Virus record (IMG/VR): IMGVR_UViG_3300028588_000644
Span: 1 to 46,804 of that record
Reading direction: 5' to 3' (one strand)
DNA from: a virus
Lineage: Duplodnaviria > Caudoviricetes
Length of the DNA: 46,804 bases
Of the stretch, positions 17,187-26,534 are shown one piece after another. Each line of letters starts with the position of its first letter. Position 1 is the stretch's first letter. The notes beneath the pieces were generated by a model. That model searched no databases. It was not told the origin of the DNA and saw only the letters and a program-made list of their open reading frames with translations. A program made the translations under genes and the position numbers.

Positions 17187-18083
17187 ATGGAAGAAATAAG
17201 CAAAATAATCGAAACGATGCCGATAAAAAAAGGCGTCATCACTCGCCGGGAGTACGAGTGGCTCAAGACTTTCGAGAGGCTCGAGCCACACGAACAGCTG
17301 AAGATTGACGAGTACGAGAAGCATCTGAAAGCCTCTGGTGAACTGAAGCCAGAGCCTAGGAAAATCGAACCGAAAGCGACAGTTCCGGGACTGATACCAG
17401 ACAAGGCGACAATCTGGAAGGGATTTATCCAGGCATTTGAAGTCAGCCAGCAAAAGCCGTTCCTGAAGAATCCCGATACGCTTGCCAACCTCGAGCCGAT
17501 TGTGAAATACTTTGCAAAAGATCCTGAATTTTTCAACTGCATCAATCTGGTAAAGAATTTCAACGGCAAGGAACTTGAGAACAATTTTGAGAAAGGCCTT
17601 CTGATCATCGGGGATTACGGCAACGGAAAGACAACGATCATGTCCTGCATGGAGCTCTTGTTCAAGCAGAATTACAAGATTGCGCTGAGGGATGGCTGGG
17701 ACACACTTCGGCAGTGGGATCAGATCCGGTTCAAGGGGGCCAAGTCGCATGACATCGTTACGGAATTTGAATCGATATCGAATCCAGAGGCAAAAACAAA
17801 TTTCTATTCCAGGTTTTCAGGATTCAGGTTTTACTTCGATGACGTCAAAAAAGAGAAGACGGCATCGAATTACGGGAAAACGGAAATAGTGCGGGAAATC
17901 ATTGAAAAACGATACGACCGAGGACAGAAGACATTCATCACGTGCAACTACCGGGAGGGAATGTCCGGAAATCTTGCAGAAGGACTTTACGAATTTGGGG
18001 AACGCTACGGCGGCCACATCTACGACCGACTTTTCGAGATGTTCAACATCATCGAATTCAAGGGCCGTTCATTCAGGAGATGA
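17187..18083 (+). CDS. DnaC/IstB-like ATPase (helicase loader)
   Basis: GDYGNGKT, FYFDDV, TFITCN, YDRLFEM and GRSFR motifs. Confidence 0.82.
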   Translation: MEEISKIIETMPIKKGVITRREYEWLKTFERLEPHEQLKIDEYEKHLKASGELKPEPRKIEPKATVPGLIPDKATIWKGFIQAFEVSQQKPFLKNPDTLANLEPIVKYFAKDPEFFNCINLVKNFNGKELENNFEKGLLIIGDYGNGKTTIMSCMELLFKQNYKIALRDGWDTLRQWDQIRFKGAKSHDIVTEFESISNPEAKTNFYSRFSGFRFYFDDVKKEKTASNYGKTEIVREIIEKRYDRGQKTFITCNYREGMSGNLAEGLYEFGERYGGHIYDRLFEMFNIIEFKGRSFRR

Positions 18084-18155
18084 TTTCTCCCAAAACAGTC
18101 ACCGGCCGAATGGCTTAATTCTTCACAAAGCAGTTTTTCTTAATTCTTAGGGAAA

Positions 18156-18473
18156 ATGGACAAACATGAATTTTTAAAGAAAATAGACTCGCTCAAAGAA
18201 GCGACCGAACTGCTCCTTGATCATTCCGAAACGGAAATCAGGAATTTAAAGTCGGAGAATTCAAGGCTTTCGGATAAGCTGCAAGAAGCAGATGAAACTA
18301 TCGAATGTCTGGAAGAAGATATTGAGAAAACCGAGCAGGATAGCCGATTTATTCTCGAGGGAATCCATGATAACATCACTACATCTTTAGCAATGGAAAA
18401 CCTCTTCGAAAACCTCGACCACATTCCGATTTCAGAACTAGAATCATTCATCAACAAATACAAACCAAACTAA
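18156..18473 (+). CDS. Coiled-coil hypothetical protein
   Basis: 105 aa ORF within the operon. Confidence 0.7.
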   Translation: MDKHEFLKKIDSLKEATELLLDHSETEIRNLKSENSRLSDKLQEADETIECLEEDIEKTEQDSRFILEGIHDNITTSLAMENLFENLDHIPISELESFINKYKPN

Positions 18474-18476
18474 AAC

Positions 18477-19562
18477 ATGAAACTAACAATCAACAGCAAG
18501 GACCTTTTGAAAGCAGTATCTCTCGTAGGATCGCTAATTAAAACACCGCATACGATGCCAATCTTGGAAAACATTCTCTTCATCGTTCAAGGCAGTAAGA
18601 TGATGATCGTTGCCGACAATCTGGAGGTGAGATCTCAGGTAGAAATTTCAGTAGATACGGACTGCGAAATCTCGGTATGCCTGCCGTACAAATTGCTCTC
18701 CAGCATCTTGAAGGGTTTCGCAAACGAGCCGATTGAATTCGATTTTCAGGAAAAGGTCGTTTCGATAAAATCCGCAACCGGTACCTACAATGTTCCGCCG
18801 GTTCCGGCAATAGAATTTCCAGACAACAAGAAAGAATCCGGCTCGGAATATGTCGAGATCAATTCTTGGGAATTCGTGAGAGCCCTGAAGAAAGCCACGT
18901 TTTTTACCGACAAAGACAATTCTGCGATGGCTAACCTGAACAACGTGCTGATCTCAATATCCGAAGAGGGCACAAAGGTCGCCAGCACCGACAAGAGAGT
19001 AATTTTCGAATATTCCCTTGAGGCAAAGGGCAGTCCTGTAAAGCTGATGCTTTCCGGAAGCAGCGCGATGTACATGATCCAGTCCATCAGCACCGACGAG
19101 CAGATAAAGCTTTACCATTCAGGCAATCATGTCATCTTGAGCCTGGAGAACCGAGAAATCTCGGCGGTGTTGAGCGACACGTCATTTCCGGATTATGTCC
19201 GAGTTATTGAATCTCTAAAGATGGACAAGACGCTCAAAATTGACAGGGATGTCATCCTTCCGGCATTAAAGAGGCTGCACAACATCACCGACCAGAAAAA
19301 CCATACGCTCGTTTTCCTGCTGAAAGACAATACGCTTGAGTTGTCATTCCAGCATGACCTGATGAAGTTTGATGCAGTCGAAAAGCTCGTCTGCGATTAC
19401 GATGGCCAAGAAATCAAGATTGGGTTCAGCGCGAACTACCTGAACAATCTTCTGACGGCCATCGAGGATGATATCGTGCTGGAACTTTCGACACCAATCT
19501 TGCCTTGCAAAATCACCGCGGACAACATCAGGGCAATCTTATCACCAATCCGATTAAACTAG
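18477..19562 (+). CDS. dnaN: DNA polymerase III beta sliding clamp (phage-encoded, divergent)
   Basis: 361 aa; PILENILF, DNLE, EFP, VASTD, FPDY, IGFSANYL and C-terminal SPIR motifs. Confidence 0.88.
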   Translation: MKLTINSKDLLKAVSLVGSLIKTPHTMPILENILFIVQGSKMMIVADNLEVRSQVEISVDTDCEISVCLPYKLLSSILKGFANEPIEFDFQEKVVSIKSATGTYNVPPVPAIEFPDNKKESGSEYVEINSWEFVRALKKATFFTDKDNSAMANLNNVLISISEEGTKVASTDKRVIFEYSLEAKGSPVKLMLSGSSAMYMIQSISTDEQIKLYHSGNHVILSLENREISAVLSDTSFPDYVRVIESLKMDKTLKIDRDVILPALKRLHNITDQKNHTLVFLLKDNTLELSFQHDLMKFDAVEKLVCDYDGQEIKIGFSANYLNNLLTAIEDDIVLELSTPILPCKITADNIRAILSPIRLN

Positions 19563-19569
19563 GGAAACT

Positions 19570-20085
19570 ATGAAAGGAACAGAAATTTTCAAGAAAACAA
19601 TCAGTGAGTATCTTGATACTAGGGCTGAGCAAGATGAATTGTTCGCAGTAACTCTCAAAAAAGGAAATAAGAGCATTGACGAATGTATAAGCTACATTCT
19701 TTCAGAAGTCCAAAAAAGCGGATGCAATGGCTTTGCTGACGAAGAAATTTTTGGGATGGCGGTCCATTATTATGATGAAGATGATATTAAAAACATCAAG
19801 CCTGTTTCCGGAAGAGCTGTTGTAAACCATCAAGTTGAATTGTCCGAAGACGAAAAATCTGAAGCAAAGAAAAAAGCCATGGACCAAGCAATTTTGGAAG
19901 CCAAAGAGGAAGCAAAAAGCGAACTGGCCAAGAATGTCAAGCTTTCATCGGAAGATATTGCTGAAGCAAAAAAGATGGCAATTGAGAAGATTGCTTCCGA
20001 AAGCAAAGAAAAGCTCACCAAGAAAAAACCCGCCCCAGCTAACAAGGATAGTTCAGAAGAGGAACAAGTATTTTTATTTGAATAG
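19570..20085 (+). CDS. pcfK: PcfK-like protein (family includes AcrIIA9)
   Basis: MKGTEIFKKTISEYLD...DELFA...SGCNGFADEEIFGMAVHYYDED...VVNHQVEL. Confidence 0.85.
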   Translation: MKGTEIFKKTISEYLDTRAEQDELFAVTLKKGNKSIDECISYILSEVQKSGCNGFADEEIFGMAVHYYDEDDIKNIKPVSGRAVVNHQVELSEDEKSEAKKKAMDQAILEAKEEAKSELAKNVKLSSEDIAEAKKMAIEKIASESKEKLTKKKPAPANKDSSEEEQVFLFE

Positions 20086-20088
20086 TTT

Positions 20089-21447
20089 ATGGTGCCTAAA
20101 ACTAAATTGCAGGTGGAAGTTTGGAAACTCCACCTGCAACTCGACAACCCAGTTGAGCAGGAACCATTCGTAATATCGAAGCATCAGAATTATTATACTA
20201 CTCATTACAAAAACGTGGTTTGTCTTGAGTGCAACCATACTTGGAAGCCGGACTCAGAAGTAAAAAATTCCAGCCCTCAAATAAAGTGCCCTTCTTGCCA
20301 GAAAAAGTTGCAGAAAATAAATTTTCAAAACGGTTGCGCCAGTCGGTTCTTGACTTATTCTGTTGTTCAGACAGTCGGAAGATTCCAGGTGTTCAGATAT
20401 TTCTCCAGCTGGAAGCACATGTACAAGAACAAGAAGCCAAAGTACTTTTTTAGGAGCCTTTTCGAAGAGTGGAAGGACTACGAAAAGGACAAATCCGTAA
20501 TTGTCGGCCGCATACCATCTTGGACTAGCGATGGATTTTCATCTTCGGATTATGAAGTCAGGTATATCAACCGAAAGTCATGGAAAGGAAATGAGTACGA
20601 AAGATTTGCTTCTGATGTCAACTGTCCAGGAGCAAAGTTTCTCCCACGATTCAAGAAATATGGATTGGGTAATAACTTTCACAATTGCGACTGGCGTTCC
20701 CTTATCAAACATCTTGAAGTTGACAGCACGGTTGAAACACTGCTAAAGTCGAAACAATCCAGTCTGCTGTTTTATGCGGTCCACAAGGAATCTCGTCATA
20801 GCCGATACTGGCCACAGGTAAAGATTGCAATGAGGCACAAGTACAAAATTCAAGACCCGGGCATTTGGTATGACTATCTCCAGCTCCTGCGCGAATTTGG
20901 AAAGGATCTCCGAAATCCGAAATTCATACTCCCGGAAAATCTTAAAGAAGCGCACGATGAATACGTTGCGAGAAGAACTGCTCGCATTGCTCGCCAAAGA
21001 GCAGAACAGGAAGTAAGAAGGCAAGAAAACGAAAGATTGAAGGCAGAGGCCGAGGAAGCGCTTAAAGGAATCAAGGCCGAGGTGTTCAAAGATTTTTCAT
21101 TTAAGCAGGGCAAAATGAAGATCGTCACATTGATTGAAGAAGAAGATGTGAAAAAAGAAGGCAAGGATTTGAAGCATTGTGTCCATACAAACAGCTACCA
21201 TAAAAAATCTGGAATACTTCTCATGTCAGCGCGTATTGGATCGAAAAGAATAGAAACAATCGAAATTTCTTTAGCTAGTTATTCAGTAATCCAATGTCGA
21301 GGTTATGACAATAAACCGACAGAATACCATGATCAGATACTTGAAATTGTTCGAAAGAACATGGGTAAAATATCGAGATTGGTTGAGAAGCATAAAAAAT
21401 TCAAAGAACTGGATTCGAATTTAGGAACACTTGAAAATGTAGCGTAA
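20089..21447 (+). CDS. pcfJ: PcfJ-domain protein
   Basis: Two CxxC motifs; WYDYL, LKEAHD, EGKDLKHCV, ETIEI and QCRG; follows pcfK. Confidence 0.85.
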   Translation: MVPKTKLQVEVWKLHLQLDNPVEQEPFVISKHQNYYTTHYKNVVCLECNHTWKPDSEVKNSSPQIKCPSCQKKLQKINFQNGCASRFLTYSVVQTVGRFQVFRYFSSWKHMYKNKKPKYFFRSLFEEWKDYEKDKSVIVGRIPSWTSDGFSSSDYEVRYINRKSWKGNEYERFASDVNCPGAKFLPRFKKYGLGNNFHNCDWRSLIKHLEVDSTVETLLKSKQSSLLFYAVHKESRHSRYWPQVKIAMRHKYKIQDPGIWYDYLQLLREFGKDLRNPKFILPENLKEAHDEYVARRTARIARQRAEQEVRRQENERLKAEAEEALKGIKAEVFKDFSFKQGKMKIVTLIEEEDVKKEGKDLKHCVHTNSYHKKSGILLMSARIGSKRIETIEISLASYSVIQCRGYDNKPTEYHDQILEIVRKNMGKISRLVEKHKKFKELDSNLGTLENVA

Positions 21448-21457
21448 TTAAAAAAAT

Positions 21458-21679
21458 ATGAATACAACAATATCACCTGAAGCAATTCAGAAAACGAAAA
21501 CATTTAAAAAGCTACCGGCAATCCGGCAGACTTTTATCGTAAAGAAATCTAATCGCGAGACTATTAGCAACGGAGTGGCCATCTGCCGTAACATAGGCTT
21601 TGAAGATTGGTCGAAGTCCTGCGGACTAAATCCGTGGAATATCGAAATAGTTAAAGAACTTTACGAATTGGACACTTAG
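21458..21679 (+). CDS. Phage hypothetical protein
   Basis: Last ORF before a terminator. Confidence 0.65.
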   Translation: MNTTISPEAIQKTKTFKKLPAIRQTFIVKKSNRETISNGVAICRNIGFEDWSKSCGLNPWNIEIVKELYELDT

Positions 21680-21682
21680 GAA

Positions 21683-21713
21683 AAGCCTCCAATTTTGGAG
21701 GCTTATTTTTTTT
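21683..21713 (+). terminator. Intrinsic terminator ending the early operon
   Basis: AAGCCTCCAA/TTGGAGGCTT stem followed by a T-run. Confidence 0.8.
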
Positions 21714-21756
21714 AGGAATCACAACATTAGCTATCTTTGAGTTTTAGCAATTAATT

Positions 21757-22092
21757 ATGCCAGAAGCAAAACAAGTCAACCAGTACCTCGTCAGTGCAGT
21801 TTATCGCGACAATAATATAGTCACGCATTTTTTTGTGCACCAGTTTTATGATCCTGGTGTCGGCGAAGCCCACAAGCTTACGGCAGCACAATTGAAAAAA
21901 TTATTCGAGCGTCCGGGCATATCTGTTTTCACAGCAGAGTGGGATTACAAGCATGGAAAGTTTATGATCGTAGAACAGGTGTTCATAAAGCATTACAAAG
22001 AGACATTCCATTTCTATGTTTTGCCCGAGGATAGCAAGACTAAAAATCTCAGGCATCTGATAAACCTGAGCTGGTACACCAGCCACATTTAG
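21757..22092 (+). CDS. Moron, DUF3892-like protein
   Basis: Own -7 element TATCTTTG at 21732-21739; YLVSAV...THFFVH...KNLRHL pattern. Confidence 0.6.
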   Translation: MPEAKQVNQYLVSAVYRDNNIVTHFFVHQFYDPGVGEAHKLTAAQLKKLFERPGISVFTAEWDYKHGKFMIVEQVFIKHYKETFHFYVLPEDSKTKNLRHLINLSWYTSHI

Positions 22093-22119
22093 ACCGCAAA
22101 AAAAATCTGCTGGCTTTTT

Positions 22120-22395
22120 TTAGGAATGCAGAAACATGTATACTGCGCGCCCTTCATACTCGCCGGCCTGTTTCACAAATAGGATTGCGCGTTTGGCGAT
22201 CCTGCTCTGAGAGTTTGATTCGCATGCTGATTTAAGGGTTCCGCTGAAGTTTCCGTAAATCCAATTTGAGCTTCCGTGCGAGATTGAGTCGGCTGGAGCC
22301 CATGATTGGCGCACTGCGACAAACGGAGCAAACGCTTCTGTACTCTGCGAGTCATTGTAAGGCAAGACTTCAAAGAAATTATCTAGATTTTCCAT
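22120..22395 (-). CDS. Antisense moron, hypothetical protein
   Basis: 91 aa ORF with A-rich leader, convergent with the previous gene. Confidence 0.6.
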   Translation of the reverse strand: MENLDNFFEVLPYNDSQSTEAFAPFVAVRQSWAPADSISHGSSNWIYGNFSGTLKSACESNSQSRIAKRAILFVKQAGEYEGRAVYMFLHS

Positions 22396-22517
22396 AGCTT
22401 TTTATTTTAAAGTTATGAAGATTTACTATTTCGGCCGTTACATATATGCCGATTAACATTACAGAAAAGCCAAGGTTTTATTTTCAATCTATCGTATGAT
22501 TTCTAGCCGAGATTTAT

Positions 22518-22538
22518 TACATTTGCCTTACATAATTC
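22518..22538 (+). promoter_or_regulatory. Promoter for the VRR-NUC/packaging operon
   Basis: TACATTTG followed by TAATTC, as at 28537 and 42600. Confidence 0.55.
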
Positions 22539-22588
22539 TTCAAAAGCCCTGATTTCTTCAGGCGAGTATTTCCACACATTAGCATAAT

Positions 22589-22984
22589 TTGAAACACGAG
22601 GAGTATCACCTTCAAAAAGGCATATGTACTTATCTCAGCTTGCAGTATCCTGAAGTATCATTCCTCAGCGATACGGTCGCTTCTGTAAAGCTTACCCAGA
22701 TGCAGGCATCCAGAAACAAGGCAATCCAGAAGAATGGATTCAAGTGTCCTGACCTTCTGATACTCGAGCCACGCGGAAGATTCTGCGGGCTTTTCATTGA
22801 ACTGAAAACAGAAACACCTTTCAAGAAGGACGGCAACATCAAGGCAAGCCAGAACGACCACCTCAAATTGCAATTACAGGCACTCATCGATCTCAACGAA
22901 AAAGGCTATCATACCAGTTTCGCATGGAGCTTCGAGATGGCCAAGAACATAATCGACGAATACCTAAAGCTTCCAAAGTTTTAG
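22589..22984 (+). CDS. VRR-NUC / PD-(D/E)xK nuclease (resolvase-like)
   Basis: EEYHLQ, PDLLI and GLFIELK motifs; TTG start. Confidence 0.82.
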   Translation: MKHEEYHLQKGICTYLSLQYPEVSFLSDTVASVKLTQMQASRNKAIQKNGFKCPDLLILEPRGRFCGLFIELKTETPFKKDGNIKASQNDHLKLQLQALIDLNEKGYHTSFAWSFEMAKNIIDEYLKLPKF

Positions 22985-23277
22985 GCTATCCGTCTTCCCT
23001 CATTAATTTTTCCAAACAAAATATTTAAGACTGAAAAGCAGGCGTTGCCGCAGGAGATAAGCCTCCACAGGAAACAGACCGGGACTGACTAGGCTCGTGA
23101 AATCATGGCCTGATGCGTGGATTGTCTGGAAGCATTTGTATAAATGCGCATAGCGTAGAAAATCTGATGGTAAAATGATCTCGATCATGTGGCCTTGGAA
23201 GCTGGAAGTAATGCACTGGCATCCTATAAAAAACAGATTGCGAAGCGCCTGCCCGAAAGTCTCAACAAACTAAACTA

Positions 23278-23424
23278 ATGGGAATTGAAATCAAGGACGG
23301 AAGAGTCTTCGTCGAAGGAAAAGAAACAGTTAATCCGGAACTTATCGGATGGGCGATCATCGATGCGGCAGAAAGCAATGAGATTGAAATAATCTGTAAA
23401 TCACTCGCAGATGAAAAGGTATAG
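23278..23424 (+). CDS. Small hypothetical protein (48 aa)
   Basis: MGIEIKDGRVFVEGKETVNPELIGWAIIDAAE...; A-rich leader. Confidence 0.6.
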   Translation: MGIEIKDGRVFVEGKETVNPELIGWAIIDAAESNEIEIICKSLADEKV

Positions 23425-23629
23425 CGGAGTATCCTACAACCGTTTTACAAAGAAGTACACTTCAACGGTTACCAGAAACAAGGTTAAGTATAATTGCGGT
23501 TCACACGATACTGAAATCGAAGCCGCCAAGGCACGCGACAGAAAGATTCTTGAAAAGGGATTGAATGTAAAACTTCAGGTACTAAAGCCTGCAAAATCGA
23601 TCAAGGATGAACCCGGAACAAGAACTTAA
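23411..23629 (+). CDS. Stand-alone AP2-domain DNA-binding protein
   Basis: YSGVSY...KKY...GSHDTEIEAAKARD matches the AP2 pattern. Confidence 0.75.
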   Translation: MKRYSGVSYNRFTKKYTSTVTRNKVKYNCGSHDTEIEAAKARDRKILEKGLNVKLQVLKPAKSIKDEPGTRT

Positions 23630-23729
23630 GGAAGCTCTCGAGAAAAGAGAAGAACTTTTGCTCTGCGGAGCGAATGACGAAAAGCTGAACGATAGGATTA
23701 AGGAATTGAGGAAACAGATCAAAAACTAA
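23607..23729 (+). CDS. Small coiled-coil protein (40 aa)
   Basis: MNPEQELKEALEKREELLLCG...; fills the gap before the antirepressor. Confidence 0.5.
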   Translation: MNPEQELKEALEKREELLLCGANDEKLNDRIKELRKQIKN

Positions 23730-23732
23730 GGC

Positions 23733-24506
23733 ATGGAAACCAAATCAAAAATATTTGCATTCAACGGGAATGAGATTCCTGTTATCATAGATGAGGATAA
23801 TAATCCTTTATTCGTCGCATCCGATATTTGCGCCATATTGGAATTGACTAACCCAACTGAATCTCTAAAGGCACTAGACGACGACGAAAAGCTGACCTCA
23901 GAAATCCTTAGGTCAGGTCAAAAAAGAAAAGTAAACCTTATTACTGAAAGCGGACTTTATTCGTTAGTGATCCGCAGTAACAAGCCGGAGGCAAAAGTCT
24001 TTAAAAAGTGGATTACTTCAGAAGTGCTTCCATCCATCAGAAGGCATGGAGCTTATCTGACAGATACAAAGATCGAGGATGTGCTTTCCAATCCGGATTT
24101 ACTCATCAGCCTTGCGACTCAGTTAAAAGAAGAGCGAGCTGAAAAAGCAAAACTACAGAAGACTCTGAAAAATCAAGAAGCAAAGATTGATTTCATCGAT
24201 AGAGTTCTTGATGTCGAGGAGAAAATCGACGTCGGCCAAGCGGCAAAGATTCTCGAGTTGCCGTTTGGTAGAAATATTCTTTTCAAAAAGTTACGTGAGT
24301 CCGGAATATTCTTCAAAAATAGAAACGAGCCAAAACAGGAGTATGTGACACGAGGTTATTTCCAAATCAAAGAAAAGTTCATTGAAAGGGAGAATCACGA
24401 CAGCTTTATGGTAATTAAGGTTTTGATAACCCAAAGAGGTCTTGGATTCTTAAGCACCTTATTCAACGCAGAGCCAAAATCAAAAAAGCAAGTAAAATTA
24501 TCATAA
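23733..24506 (+). CDS. Phage antirepressor (Bro-N + ANT/KilAC)
   Basis: FVASDIC, ITESGLYSL, FKKWITSEVLPSIRRHG; C-terminal GRNILFKKLRE...PKQEY...ITQRG. Confidence 0.9.
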   Translation: METKSKIFAFNGNEIPVIIDEDNNPLFVASDICAILELTNPTESLKALDDDEKLTSEILRSGQKRKVNLITESGLYSLVIRSNKPEAKVFKKWITSEVLPSIRRHGAYLTDTKIEDVLSNPDLLISLATQLKEERAEKAKLQKTLKNQEAKIDFIDRVLDVEEKIDVGQAAKILELPFGRNILFKKLRESGIFFKNRNEPKQEYVTRGYFQIKEKFIERENHDSFMVIKVLITQRGLGFLSTLFNAEPKSKKQVKLS

Positions 24507-24507
24507 G

Positions 24508-25113
24508 ATGAAAACAAACCACCTCACCATAAAACAGGAAGCATTTTGCCAAGCCTACATCAGAACCGGCGATAAGTCTGCTGCTTATCGTGAGGCGTAT
24601 TCGTCTGAAAAGATGAAAGCTGAAACGATCAACAGAAAAGCTTTCGACCTCTTTAATAACGGCAATGTGAGGGCAAGGATAAGCGATTTGCAGGATAAAG
24701 TCGCTCTGATTGCTGAAGAAAAATTTCAGATAACAGCCGAAGCGATGCTTCGCCATTTAGATATTCTTAGAAACGCACGAATCGACGAATATATCACTTT
24801 CACTTACGAGCGAGTGATGACAATCGGAGAGGACGAGAATGCTGAGCCGGTTTTCAGGGAAGAGCCAAGGATGATTTTCAAGCCTTTCGAAGAGCTGACC
24901 AAAGAGCAGCTGATGTGCATCGAAAGCATAAAACAAAATCGATACGGTGAAATCGAACTCAAGCTCCACGGCAAAGAATGGAGTATTGAAAAGATCAACA
25001 AGCACATCGGATTCTACGAAAAAGACAATACTCAAAAAGCAAACCTTCTGGTTCCAGAAGAAAGAACATCAAGGCTTGAGCAGCTTCGTGCCAAACTCAA
25101 CAAAATGAAATAA
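24508..25113 (+). CDS. terS: Terminase small subunit
   Basis: LTIKQEAFCQAY...AYREAY; directly upstream of terL. Confidence 0.85.
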   Translation: MKTNHLTIKQEAFCQAYIRTGDKSAAYREAYSSEKMKAETINRKAFDLFNNGNVRARISDLQDKVALIAEEKFQITAEAMLRHLDILRNARIDEYITFTYERVMTIGEDENAEPVFREEPRMIFKPFEELTKEQLMCIESIKQNRYGEIELKLHGKEWSIEKINKHIGFYEKDNTQKANLLVPEERTSRLEQLRAKLNKMK

Positions 25114-26532
25114 ATGCTCACAGACGCGGAACTTCTTGAACTTGAAACGCTCCTCAAAATCGAGGGGCTTTCTTTCATGGATGAAACCACGTCGCGAAAT
25201 TATAGGTTCCTGAAAGACAGCTACGACAAACAGCGCTATGTCGGCGAAAAGATTGTCGAAGGTTACAAAGGTTGCATTCTGGAAGGAGGAGCGAGATCTT
25301 CAAAGACATGGAGCGTCTGCTTCTTCATCATTTACATCTGCCTTTTCAAGGAAACGAACTGCACCATCAATATCGTACGGGAAACCTACAACGAATTCAA
25401 GACAACTTTGTATCTCGATTTAAAGAAGATTCTGCCGATGTTCGGCCTTCCTAATCCTTTCGAGAACGCTAAAGATGTGCAGTCGTTCAAGATCGGGAAG
25501 AACCAGATAAACTTCATCGGCGCTGACCAGTCGAACAAAGTTCACGGAGCGACTTCAGATTATCTTTATTTTAATGAGATGCTTCCGATACAAGAAGACG
25601 TATTCAGGAACCTTATCATGCGCTGCTCAAAGTTCTGGATTGGCGATTTCAACCCGTCGGTTACAGAGCATTGGATTTTTAATAAGGTTATCACAAGGCC
25701 GGATGTAGGCCACTTGCAGACTACTTTCAGGGATAATCCAAACGTTCCCGTCGGGCAGAAGATTGAGATACTCGGTTACGAGCCTTGGCTTCCGGGTTCG
25801 TATGAGGTGATTGACAATATCATCATGCATAAAGGCGCGGAGGTAGGTCCGAATAATTATCCGCCACCCCATCCTGCAAACATCGACAACGGAACCGCTG
25901 ACGAGTTCATGTGGAAGGTCTACGGACTTGGATTGCGTGGAGCGATGAGAGGGGTGATCTTCAAGAACATCACCTATATCGACGAATTTCCGGAAGACTT
26001 GGCTTACATCCATGCGAATGACTTCGGCTTCACGACTGACCCGAATGCGCTCGTGAAATATGCAGAAGAGGAGAACAATATCTACATCGAGCTTCTTTCT
26101 TACGAGCCAATCGAAACGCCGGAAGAGCTTGCGTCATTCATGGAAGCGCTCGGCATTCAGAAGTCACTGCCATTGCCTTGCGACAGCTCTGACAAATATA
26201 CCGGCGAGAACAAAGGAACGGTCGAAATGGTAAAGGGATTGAAGAAAGAAGGATTCAAGGCTTTCAAGATCTCCAAGACCAAAAGCGTCATGTTCTGGCT
26301 GAACTCGATGAAGAAAAAGAAGATCCACATAGTACGGAACCAACTTTACAGCTATGCAAGGAAAGAAGCGGAAAATTACAGGATAAAGGAAATCGACGGC
26401 ATACCGATCAACCAGCCGATTGACAAGTTCAACCACATGTGGGACGCGGCAAGATACGCGCACATTGCCTACAACGCTCCGGCAAAAACATACACGACCG
26501 ACCAAAACACAATCAGCAATATAAATTATTAG
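25114..26532 (+). CDS. terL: Terminase large subunit (SPP1/PBSX type)
   Basis: GGARSSKT, YFNE, DFNP, DFGFTTDP and NHMWDAARY motifs. Confidence 0.9.
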   Translation: MLTDAELLELETLLKIEGLSFMDETTSRNYRFLKDSYDKQRYVGEKIVEGYKGCILEGGARSSKTWSVCFFIIYICLFKETNCTINIVRETYNEFKTTLYLDLKKILPMFGLPNPFENAKDVQSFKIGKNQINFIGADQSNKVHGATSDYLYFNEMLPIQEDVFRNLIMRCSKFWIGDFNPSVTEHWIFNKVITRPDVGHLQTTFRDNPNVPVGQKIEILGYEPWLPGSYEVIDNIIMHKGAEVGPNNYPPPHPANIDNGTADEFMWKVYGLGLRGAMRGVIFKNITYIDEFPEDLAYIHANDFGFTTDPNALVKYAEEENNIYIELLSYEPIETPEELASFMEALGIQKSLPLPCDSSDKYTGENKGTVEMVKGLKKEGFKAFKISKTKSVMFWLNSMKKKKIHIVRNQLYSYARKEAENYRIKEIDGIPINQPIDKFNHMWDAARYAHIAYNAPAKTYTTDQNTISNINY

Positions 26533-26534
26533 CA

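Noticed and set aside
16458-17750. 430-aa minus-strand ORF
   Set aside because: Antisense shadow of the initiator and loader genes; no recognisable motifs
26439-26534. N-terminal extension of the portal in the ORF track
   Set aside because: Overlaps terL; the ATG at 26535 fits the operon better
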